Shown one piece after another: positions 43,968-51,706 of a stretch of DNA of 51,706 nt. Source of the DNA: a virus (Duplodnaviria; Caudoviricetes); the IMG/VR virus record IMGVR_UViG_3300030620_000008, positions 1-51,706 of that record. The stretch is one strand, 5' to 3'. Position 1 is the stretch's first letter. Each line of letters opens with the position of its first letter. A model generated the notes under the pieces. The model made no database searches and was not told the origin of the DNA. It was given only the letters and a program-made list of their open reading frames with translations. The translations under genes were made by a program, and so were the position numbers.

Positions 43968-45848
43968 TTATTCCCTTTCATTCCGTTCATCTTGCGAAGC
44001 ATCCGGCCACTTAGGAACTAGATGATCTTCCTTATCTTGCAAATCCATAAAACTCTTTGCCTTTTGTTCCAATGACAATCCTTTAATCCTCTGCCTACTT
44101 AACGCATTTAATAAGCCTCTTTTATTAGATAATAAAATAACCTTATCAATAGCTCTAGTAACTGCAGTATACAACCATTCTCTATAGAGCATTCTATCGT
44201 TTTCTGTATGGCATACGATAACAACTAATGGAAACTCCCCGCCTTGACACTTATGACAAGTTGCCGCATACGCATGCATTAGTTGATTAAATGAGCCGAC
44301 TGTTCTAAATTCAACATCTTGATCTTCAAATCTTACTGTTACAATATGACTTGCTTGTCTTTGTGCTTTTTCTGCAAAATCACTATTTTTACCCTCTTCT
44401 AAATCTTTATTTCTTTTATCAAACGCGTTGTTTACATCTTGTGCAAATTCTGCGCTATTAAGTGTTGCCATTAGTTCATTAAAATCGATTGCGCTTCTCG
44501 GATCGAATTTAATCTTATCTCTCACTGATGAGTATAATTCATTAGGTTTGATTTTAATAACCCTACCAATCATTCCATTAGTTAATCCCCTTTCATTATC
44601 ATTCTGCGTTAGCATTAGTTTATCATTAACCGCTAATGCAATATGCTTGAATGCCGCGCTGATAATAATTCTTTCTCCTTTGGCTGGATTGAAGTATGAG
44701 ACAAAATGATCATTAAGATGCTCTTGCCCGAGAATACCTACATTTTGTGGAACAATTAAAGCATCCCTGAATGGATCAAATGATCCTTGTTTATGTAATG
44801 TTTTAATAATTTTTAAAACTTTAGTATATGCTTCATGCTCGTCATCAGGTAAATTAACCATTACAAAATTGTTAGGATGCGTGTCTGGAATATAACCCTG
44901 TAATATATTATGTGCGCCGGCGATGATTGGATTATCTAATGCTTGGCGATGGATTTTTGTTAATTCAAAGGTGGGCCATTGCTGCATTGCATAGCCTAAA
45001 ACTGATTTACCATTTACTGGCGGGAGCTGGTTAATGTCTCCGAGTTGGTAGACTTTTGTTTTTGGAAGTGTCGCCTTTACTAAATTATTCCAAAGCCAAA
45101 CCTGAACATTGCCAGCTTCATCAATTATAATAATATCGGCTGTTAAAGGATTAGTTTCTGTTCTATGCGGCACAAATAATCTTTTAGTTTCTCCGCTATT
45201 AATATCTACAATACCAACAGGTTTGTATTCTAAATGCGCATGAATTGTTCTACAGAATTTTCTTAGATGCATTGGAACATGCAAAGCCAAATTCCTTGAA
45301 GCTCTACCAGTAAATGAACATAGAATAATCTCTGGCTCACGATTGTATTTTTGAATAAATTCATCTGTTATTTTTGCAAGAAATCTATTAGTAATAGTAG
45401 TCTTACCAGTTCCAGCCGCGCCAATGATACATGCGTATTGATGATCTAGTAATCCTTTAAGCGCAAGCTCTTGACTTTCATCGAAAATTAAGGTTTTTTC
45501 CTTTTCAATGTAATCAGTTGGTTTAGAAGTTTCATCAATTTTTTCAATGGCACTGCCATCTATTAAAACTTCCGCATCTTTAGCAACTAATTCTTTTCGC
45601 GCGGCAAGTGTCATAGGAATGTTAATTTTAACATTCCTTCTATTCATGATTGATGCGATTTGCTTTTCTAATGCTGTTTTATTCTTATCAATTGTACCGG
45701 CCGGAGCTTTTGAAGGCGAAGCCTTGGCTTTATTCAATAAGGCTAGAAAATGTAATTCTTGTTCTGTTTTCTTTTTATTAATCTCACTTGAATTTTCAGT
45801 CGGCCTGGTAGAAGAGGTTGGTTTTAACTGAAGATTGAACATTTTCAT
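43968..45848 (-). CDS. RecD/Dda-like superfamily 1B DNA helicase
   Basis: GAAGTGKTT, IIDEAG, GDINQLPPV, LTKIHRQ, AYAATCHKCQG, LYTAVTRA; start placed at the ATGA overlap at 45848 (frame is open from 46001). Confidence 0.92.
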   Translation of the reverse strand: MKMFNLQLKPTSSTRPTENSSEINKKKTEQELHFLALLNKAKASPSKAPAGTIDKNKTALEKQIASIMNRRNVKINIPMTLAARKELVAKDAEVLIDGSAIEKIDETSKPTDYIEKEKTLIFDESQELALKGLLDHQYACIIGAAGTGKTTITNRFLAKITDEFIQKYNREPEIILCSFTGRASRNLALHVPMHLRKFCRTIHAHLEYKPVGIVDINSGETKRLFVPHRTETNPLTADIIIIDEAGNVQVWLWNNLVKATLPKTKVYQLGDINQLPPVNGKSVLGYAMQQWPTFELTKIHRQALDNPIIAGAHNILQGYIPDTHPNNFVMVNLPDDEHEAYTKVLKIIKTLHKQGSFDPFRDALIVPQNVGILGQEHLNDHFVSYFNPAKGERIIISAAFKHIALAVNDKLMLTQNDNERGLTNGMIGRVIKIKPNELYSSVRDKIKFDPRSAIDFNELMATLNSAEFAQDVNNAFDKRNKDLEEGKNSDFAEKAQRQASHIVTVRFEDQDVEFRTVGSFNQLMHAYAATCHKCQGGEFPLVVIVCHTENDRMLYREWLYTAVTRAIDKVILLSNKRGLLNALSRQRIKGLSLEQKAKSFMDLQDKEDHLVPKWPDASQDERNERE

Positions 45849-46054
45849 AGCAAAGTCGGTCCATGCTTGGGTGTCGTAGGGGTCGAGGAAATGATATTCT
45901 GTGAATTTATAATCTTCTGTTGATTTGAAAGCTTCTTTTGCTTGGTAAATGTTAGTAAGTTGATAATGAATTGTTCTGCCCATGTAATAGTTTCCTCCCA
46001 TGCGGGATGTATTGTAGGTCGACCCTCAATAGGGATTATATAATGCTCAGTCAT
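45845..46054 (-). CDS. Hypothetical protein
   Basis: MTEHYIIPIEG..., overlaps both neighbours. Confidence 0.6.
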   Translation of the reverse strand: MTEHYIIPIEGRPTIHPAWEETITWAEQFIINLLTFTKQKKLSNQQKIINSQNIISSTPTTPKHGPTLL

Positions 46055-46319
46055 TGATTTGTATCTTTTTGCATTCCCATACGTCATATGGATATGCTTT
46101 TTCTTTTGGCACGATATAGTTATCTGTTACTTTATGGCAAGTAAGTAATTGTATGCCAACATTTCTGCCAGCCAAATACATATCGCCCGGCTTAATTTCT
46201 TCATCGACTATAGTTACGCCTAATTTTTTTGCAGCATCAAAATAATCTTGTTCTTCGACATGTTGACGACCTGGCCATGTGCGAGTAATTTTTAACACAT
46301 AGTTATCAACCATTTTCAT
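46047..46319 (-). CDS. Hypothetical protein
   Basis: 90 aa, TAATG-coupled. Confidence 0.75.
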   Translation of the reverse strand: MKMVDNYVLKITRTWPGRQHVEEQDYFDAAKKLGVTIVDEEIKPGDMYLAGRNVGIQLLTCHKVTDNYIVPKEKAYPYDVWECKKIQIND

Positions 46320-47470
46320 TACTCCGCTTTCTTTGCGCCAAATCCTGGAATTTTAATTCCAGTCTTGGCATTTCTTAATTCTACCGATTGCCTATTTTTT
46401 GGTATTGGAATAATGACCGGCTTTTCACCTGCTTTCTGTCTTATTGTATATTTTCCTTGCTTTTCTGATGAAACTGGAGAGGCCGCTTTCTGTGCAATCT
46501 GAAACATCATTCTTCTAGCAATAATTTCAGCTTCAATAATACTACTTTCATCATACGGGTCTACATCATCTACGATATTTTCAATAATGATACCAATATC
46601 CACGAATTGACTACGCTTGTATTGGTTCCTGAAATTAGACGCGCCGGTTTGCGTGACCGTTTCAATAAATTCAATTGCTTTTGAACGTAGTTTTAATCTA
46701 CGCTTGTAGAAGTCTACAAGTTTTTGCAAAGCAGGTTTTAACTCTTTGATTAGAATTGATGGAACTAATTCAACAAACTGCTTTTCAAACGCCCACTTAT
46801 CACTTAGCGGCGTAAGTGATAATTTCTTTTCAAGATTTCCGCCGCTACGATGTATGCGAGTGCTAATTGTTAAATACTTATGTAATAGTTTATTTGCGTG
46901 ATGAATATCTTCGATTGTAAAGTTATGAATACCTATAGGGTTACTTGTAACATTATTAAGCTTCTGTCTAAGCAGGTACTTAGCCTTAATGAATTGAATT
47001 ATAATTCCACAAGCAGTATAATCAGGAAGCTTGCCAACTCTGGCAGCTTCCTTCATAACCATTAATTGATTTGTGTTAGAAGTGTTTTGAAATGATAGTA
47101 ATTGACTGAGCGCATAAATGTAATAGCCTTCAGGATCAATTTCCATTAATTTGTCTAAAGCTATACCATCCGTGTAAATCCATGGCAATGCAATATGGGA
47201 AATATTCATATGAACTAATGCTGTTTGCGTTCTTTCAATTCCATTAGTTTCAATCATTTCTTGCAATTCATTGTCATTCCATTGACCCAATTGCTTGCCA
47301 GTTTTTGAACAAACCTTTAGAAGCAAGAAAGGATCAATTCGCTTAGACAAAGCTTCCCTATCAAGAGGTTCAGGCTCTTGTTCATGGTTTATTAGAAGTT
47401 GAACAACACTCTCTGAAAGGTCTAGCCCGTTTGGTAGACCGTTAGAAGGAACGTTAGAAACTTGTAACAC
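46319..47470 (-). CDS. Hypothetical protein (383 aa)
   Basis: Long ORF with its own promoter; no family recognised. Confidence 0.85.
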   Translation of the reverse strand: MLQVSNVPSNGLPNGLDLSESVVQLLINHEQEPEPLDREALSKRIDPFLLLKVCSKTGKQLGQWNDNELQEMIETNGIERTQTALVHMNISHIALPWIYTDGIALDKLMEIDPEGYYIYALSQLLSFQNTSNTNQLMVMKEAARVGKLPDYTACGIIIQFIKAKYLLRQKLNNVTSNPIGIHNFTIEDIHHANKLLHKYLTISTRIHRSGGNLEKKLSLTPLSDKWAFEKQFVELVPSILIKELKPALQKLVDFYKRRLKLRSKAIEFIETVTQTGASNFRNQYKRSQFVDIGIIIENIVDDVDPYDESSIIEAEIIARRMMFQIAQKAASPVSSEKQGKYTIRQKAGEKPVIIPIPKNRQSVELRNAKTGIKIPGFGAKKAE

Positions 47471-47525
47471 TTTCTTAACCCCTAGCTGCGCCGTTTGTTT
47501 TGGCGTATAAACGCCTTATCATTAT

Positions 47526-47554
47526 CTATAGCACAACTAGGTTAAAAAGTCAAG
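47526..47554 (-). promoter_or_regulatory. Sigma70-like promoter
   Basis: CTTGAC-N17-CTATAG. Confidence 0.65.
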
Positions 47555-47592
47555 AACTATTTATTACTTACACAAGAAAATTTCAGATAATA

Positions 47593-47895
47593 TCAATGTC
47601 CTGTAAAGTGTGTTATTTGGAATGATAAAGCTTTTTCGTATTCATCGATCGCCTTGGTTAAACCACTAACACGTTTGCGGTGCCTGATCGTGGTGTCGAG
47701 CATGACCACGGCGGCGTCGCGGAGCTCATCGCCAACCTCTAGCAGGCGGTCGAGCTCATCTTCATGCCCGCGTTGCAGCTTAGCCAGCGCCTCTTCGATG
47801 GTTGTGGTGATCCTCTTGCCGAGCGCTCCTAGGGCATCGATCTCATGAGGCATGAGGGGGCCCCGCGCGATCTCGCGTTGTGTTGCCTGGCGCAT
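47593..47895 (-). CDS. Coiled-coil hypothetical protein, GC-rich gene
   Basis: 100 aa, SD AAAGGA. Confidence 0.7.
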   Translation of the reverse strand: MRQATQREIARGPLMPHEIDALGALGKRITTTIEEALAKLQRGHEDELDRLLEVGDELRDAAVVMLDTTIRHRKRVSGLTKAIDEYEKALSFQITHFTGH

Positions 47896-48297
47896 TTATC
47901 TAATTCCTTTCTCACGATCCATTTGTTCTTTAAGCCGCATCATTTCTTTTAATTCTTCTTCTTCCTCTTTAGTCAAAGCTTCTGTGTCTAAATAATCTAA
48001 TCCTTTAATTTCTGATAATACATCAGTCGGCGGATTTGGAAATTCTTTTCTTATTAATTCTTTATCCTCTTTGGTTATTTTATCTAAATCTTCTTTCCTG
48101 AAATTTATCTCCAAGTTAGCTTTGCGTTTCAATGTATTAATAACATCCCACGCTTCTCTAACTTGCTTATGATTTTTTCTCTTACCAAAAAATGTACAAG
48201 ATATTAAGTATTGATTTGCTTTGAGGAATAATAAATCAATTTCTTCTTGGGATAATTTATTCCCTCTTTGAAATCTGTATACTGATTGATGTGCCAT
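47896..48297 (-). CDS. Hypothetical protein
   Basis: 133 aa, first gene of the - arm. Confidence 0.75.
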   Translation of the reverse strand: MAHQSVYRFQRGNKLSQEEIDLLFLKANQYLISCTFFGKRKNHKQVREAWDVINTLKRKANLEINFRKEDLDKITKEDKELIRKEFPNPPTDVLSEIKGLDYLDTEALTKEEEEELKEMMRLKEQMDREKGIR

Positions 48298-48341
48298 TGT
48301 CTTTAGCCTTTTGTTTTCATAGGTAGATCCATATTCTAATT

Positions 48342-48368
48342 AGTATACTAAACAACTTATAAAGTCAA
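48342..48368 (-). promoter_or_regulatory. Promoter-like element
   Basis: TTGACT-N15-TATACT; spacer is short, but it aligns with the 42104 promoter. Confidence 0.45.
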
Positions 48369-48414
48369 TCTAAATCTATTAATTGAAACTTGAAAATTTC
48401 TGTAATAAATACGG

Positions 48415-48916
48415 ATACCGGTCCCTGTTTAGATCCTATTTAGACCGGAAACCCGCAGAAAGCCTAGGCTTTTGCCTGCCCTATGGCAATCTAAATAGGG
48501 CATCAGCCGGACCCGGCCTACCCTGCCCGGTGCGACCATGCTACTAATGTTACATATCCCTCTATCTAATCTAATATATCCTTATCCTATCCAATCTATT
48601 CCCTATCTTACCTATTCTTATCCAATAAATCCTTTGGACGTTGGATTTCATATATAGGGGGTACACTAAAAATTTACATTTTAGTAATTAATTTTAATAA
48701 TAGATTTTTTTCTTTCTATTAAAAATTTTTGATACCCCCTTAAAAGACTGTTTAGATTGGCAGGCAAACCTAATACATCCTTTGTATGATTAGCGACAGG
48801 TTTGGTGCCCCCCTGCCGGACGGGGTACCCCGGGGCGATCCTGCCCTATTTAGATCGGAGTAAACTGCCGCAAGCCTCTGATTTTCCTATATAAAAGCCC
48901 AAAGTGGGACCGGTAT
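48415..48916. other. Candidate replication origin
   Basis: Three nested inverted-repeat pairs around an AT-rich core, palindromes, and repeated CTRTTTAGA. Confidence 0.55.
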
Positions 48917-49059
48917 AGAGACCGGTACCCGGTTCTACCTGTGAAATAGTGTGAAATCCAGGCAACGTTGCCTAGCCGCAAGTCAAAAATTCCCTCCGAC
49001 AAGTCAAAAAACTCTTGACTTGCACCGTTGCTTGTGAGAGTATTCTTTTATGGTCTCAA

Positions 49060-49300
49060 ACGCTAAGCGAGCGAGGCAATCGGAAAACAGCTCCGGTGCG
49101 CGGAAACCGTAGACGTGGCGCCGGAAATCGCGAGGTACGGCGTTGCATCAAGATCCCCGCTAGCAGTTGTGGGCAGCAGTAGATGTAATGTTTTCCTCGC
49201 AAACAAGGTAAGTCTCACCTAATGTTGAGATACTACCTTGATGGTTTAACTTAAATCGCGGTGCAATGCCGCAAAATGCGGATAGCCCGCAAAGTGTGGA
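49060..49300 (+). ncRNA. Candidate structured RNA / long 5' leader
   Basis: Five or more stems whose non-Watson-Crick pairs are G-U on the + strand. Confidence 0.55.
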
Positions 49301-49313
49301 AAGGCTAAGACAA

Positions 49314-50261
49314 ATGGTTGCTCAAGGAATTCCATCAAGTGGTGGTGTCCAGCCTTCGGAGCCTTCGGAGGAAGTCACCATTACCAGCCTCGGTCAAGAA
49401 TACGTCGAAAGTATTCTTGGCGAGGAACGTGCAACCGATCCGGCTTGGCAAGCAAAACTTGTCGAGACTGTGAAGGAACTGCCTGCTAACTTGGCAGAGT
49501 TTCGTCGTGAAGTCTTCTCTCCGAATGACTTCAATAATGATGAAGCTTTGCTTCGCATGGCAGTTCTTCAAGACTGGCTAAGTCGCGAAGTCGAGAATAA
49601 TCCAAAGATCCGCTTCGTAACTAACAATCGCTCAGAGGATGGCAGTATCCCTAGCGGCTATTGCCTTGTCTTTACGCCGGTCACGCAGCAAGCCAAGAAA
49701 CAAGGTGATCCGCTTGAACTACTCGCAGTTCTGAGCGGCGTGGTTCCCTCCTACGACTTGCTTACCACTTCAACCAAGGGCAAGGAATACATCATTGACG
49801 CAGTCGAAAGCGCGTTGGTCAATCGACTGGCCAACGTCGCACGTCGCAGCGTCAAGCTTCCTGGCAAGTTCCAGATGCCATTTACTGTCGATGAATACAT
49901 CAGTCGGCAGCGTGGTGTGGAAAGCCTGGCAGCATTCCGCAAGATCGGCCCTGCCTTCGTCGATGCACTCAAAAAGCGTCGCATGACTAGCTTCATGACG
50001 CTGGACATGCTGCGTTTGTGCCTTAGCAACGCTACCATGACCGACAGTGTGTTCGGAGACAAGATGCCAAGCGAGGCATGGGATACGATCCTCGATGCCA
50101 TGATTCGCAAGGCTGAGGAAGCTGGTCTTGATCCCGGTATCTTCAAGACCTGGAAAGCTACCAGGCATCAAGCTGAGGCTCTTGTGGAAGATGATCAAGA
50201 GCCTGATGAAGATGAACAGTCACTTGAAAGCTTGCTTGGCGCTGTGACAGTCGCTTCGTAG
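49314..50261 (+). CDS. Hypothetical protein (~315 aa) with acidic C-terminal tail
   Basis: GGAAAGG before ATG at 49314; GC-richer codon usage; frame is open from 49266. Confidence 0.85.
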   Translation: MVAQGIPSSGGVQPSEPSEEVTITSLGQEYVESILGEERATDPAWQAKLVETVKELPANLAEFRREVFSPNDFNNDEALLRMAVLQDWLSREVENNPKIRFVTNNRSEDGSIPSGYCLVFTPVTQQAKKQGDPLELLAVLSGVVPSYDLLTTSTKGKEYIIDAVESALVNRLANVARRSVKLPGKFQMPFTVDEYISRQRGVESLAAFRKIGPAFVDALKKRRMTSFMTLDMLRLCLSNATMTDSVFGDKMPSEAWDTILDAMIRKAEEAGLDPGIFKTWKATRHQAEALVEDDQEPDEDEQSLESLLGAVTVAS

Positions 50262-50297
50262 AGCCTTCACAGGCTTTCGACAAGTTCTTCAAGAGGC

Positions 50298-50334
50298 AAT
50301 TGGGCAGATGAAATAGTCTGCCCAATTTGCTTTT
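50298..50334 (+). terminator. Intrinsic terminator-like hairpin
   Basis: AATTGGGCAGA/TCTGCCCAATT followed by TGCTTTT. Confidence 0.7.
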
Positions 50335-50354
50335 AGCCCTAGGAGAATGAGAAA

Positions 50355-50516
50355 ATGACCACTAATCCGGTCGAGCATCCAATCGTGACAAAGGCCCGTA
50401 ACGACTTTCGACATGGTTTGCGTGACGTGCCTGAAAGACCTGATCATCGTGACATGTACTTAGCGGCATGGAACGCGTTGCGTGATAAACACGCTGGTGT
50501 ATCTGCCGCTTCGTAA
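50355..50516 (+). CDS. 53-aa hypothetical protein (not in ORF track)
   Basis: MTTNPVEHPIVTKARNDFRHG...; SD AGGAG. Confidence 0.7.
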   Translation: MTTNPVEHPIVTKARNDFRHGLRDVPERPDHRDMYLAAWNALRDKHAGVSAAS

Positions 50517-50650
50517 ACACTTGAAGACAATCAAGCAGACGTAAAGGTCTTTCAAGCGAAGCGTTTGCAGCTAGAGCGGTCGGCAATGAATAGCAAACAA
50601 GCCGACCGCTCAATGGTGCAAATGATTGCACCTTGCTAGGAGCGAGTAAC

Positions 50651-50884
50651 ATGTCAAAATATCCGTTTCCAGTTTGGGCAACACAAGGTGGAGGTTTGGC
50701 TCGCGAAGTAGATGGCAAGCTGATTTTCATTACCAATCCTGATTGTCCAGGATTGGACGTTGGATATGACGTTCCGGAGGAATGGGGCATTGAGCCTGCG
50801 AATGCGTTAGCGCGAATGAAGTCAGATGACCATGAATACATGTCTGACTTCGCTTTGTGGGTTAAAGTATTCCAATCCAAGTAA
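50651..50884 (+). CDS. 77-aa hypothetical protein
   Basis: SD AGGAG before ATG at 50651. Confidence 0.75.
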   Translation: MSKYPFPVWATQGGGLAREVDGKLIFITNPDCPGLDVGYDVPEEWGIEPANALARMKSDDHEYMSDFALWVKVFQSK

Positions 50885-50969
50885 TACTTTCCCTGCCCAA
50901 TCAATCAACACTTATACTGCCAAACATATATTTTTTACTCCTAATCTACACTAAAATCTTGTACAATCA

Positions 50970-51012
50970 GAATAAAAGAAATGCCCTAGTCTCGAATTGA
51001 AACTAGGGCATT
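50970..51012. terminator. Terminator between convergent genes
   Basis: AATGCCCTAGT/ACTAGGGCATT with a U-rich tail on the - strand. Confidence 0.8.
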
Positions 51013-51022
51013 GTGTTAGAAC

Positions 51023-51340
51023 TTATAGCGCTGCGAGATCATCAATCAAAGCATCAGTATAAAACATCTTGTGCTGATGAAACAACTTACGGATTGCCCG
51101 TCTACGATTATCGAATGCCATAAGTGAAAACGCTTTGATTATCGCATGACCACGCGCAAGATCAGACAATGCAATTCCGTCATAAGGAACTGCATCAGGC
51201 AAGTCAAAGATATGAGTAAGTTCGCTTTCATTGCATTTCGCGAACTTGATACTTGTGCGCTCATAGTAAACAGCACGACAACCGGATGCGTAGATCAGCT
51301 GGTGACTAGTCATTACATTTACTCTACTTGCCACGAACAC
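51023..51340 (-). CDS. Hypothetical protein
   Basis: Stops just before the terminator; start uncertain (51340 or 51313). Confidence 0.6.
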   Translation of the reverse strand: MFVASRVNVMTSHQLIYASGCRAVYYERTSIKFAKCNESELTHIFDLPDAVPYDGIALSDLARGHAIIKAFSLMAFDNRRRAIRKLFHQHKMFYTDALIDDLAAL

Positions 51341-51570
51341 CGAAGCGGTGCCGCTGATCAGGTTACTTATATAGAATAAATTCCTTTCAAGACCTTGATT
51401 GATCTATTTGGATGTCAAATAATAGGAATGTGGCAAGGATGCAACACAATTCTGATAGAGCTCAGTTGCAGCAACTTGCATCACTCTGCATCACAGCCTG
51501 TGGGATACCACATACCAACGCATTGTATACCACACATTTGAATAAAATTGTAGGGGGGCTATGTCCCCAA

Positions 51571-51706
51571 TTTCAAAATGGGGTGGCTATTCAATAAATA
51601 TAGGTTCCACGCAGTTTATTATTTAATTTTAAAATAGTAAATGCAATAGATACAATAAAATATATTACATAAAATTATAATAAACATTAAAAATTCATTT
51701 CACAAA
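51571..51706. repeat. Terminal direct repeat, right copy
   Basis: Matches 1..136 at 135 of 136 positions. Confidence 0.95.

Noticed and set aside
45849-46001. N-terminal extension of the RecD-like helicase
   Set aside because: Overlaps the 45845-46054 gene; the ATGA-coupled start at 45848 is more plausible
30235-48297. Base-modification pathway (PurZ, 7-deazaguanine, hmU) or DNA methyltransferase
   Set aside because: No such enzyme motifs recognised; remote homologues cannot be excluded by eye
242-51340. Stop-codon reassignment
   Set aside because: Genes are full length and densely packed under the standard code, and all three stops are used
51412-51597. 61-aa ORF
   Set aside because: No SD, runs into the terminal repeat, and has no recognisable features

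Overview
This window looks like a complete ~51.6 kb genome of a lytic, short-tailed (podovirus-like) dsDNA phage, bounded by a 136-bp terminal direct repeat with one mismatch. The + arm (0.2-30.3 kb) carries a DHH phosphoesterase, terminase, portal, scaffold, capsid, tail adaptor and nozzle, a GC-richer block of receptor-binding proteins, and four ejection-type proteins. The - arm (30.2-48.3 kb) carries a DUF3987-type P-loop NTPase, a family A DNA polymerase with a degenerate UDG-like N-terminus, tRNA-Leu(UAA), SSB-like, AAA_24/Sak4-like, Cas4-like and RecD-like proteins, and many small ORFs. The arms diverge at a symmetric origin-like non-coding region (48.4-49.0 kb), followed by a short GC-richer + strand unit. 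I could not recognise a primase, endolysin, RNA polymerase, integrase or repressor. The strongest leads are: (1) a polymerase whose motif A reads DYSQSD, altering both sugar-gate positions, in a genome with no visible primase; (2) five structured RNA-like elements, each abutting a start codon; (3) the nested inverted-repeat origin candidate; (4) a CCG/CGG context bias in the AT-rich core genes. All calls were made by eye from motifs and synteny; no searches or folding programs were run.
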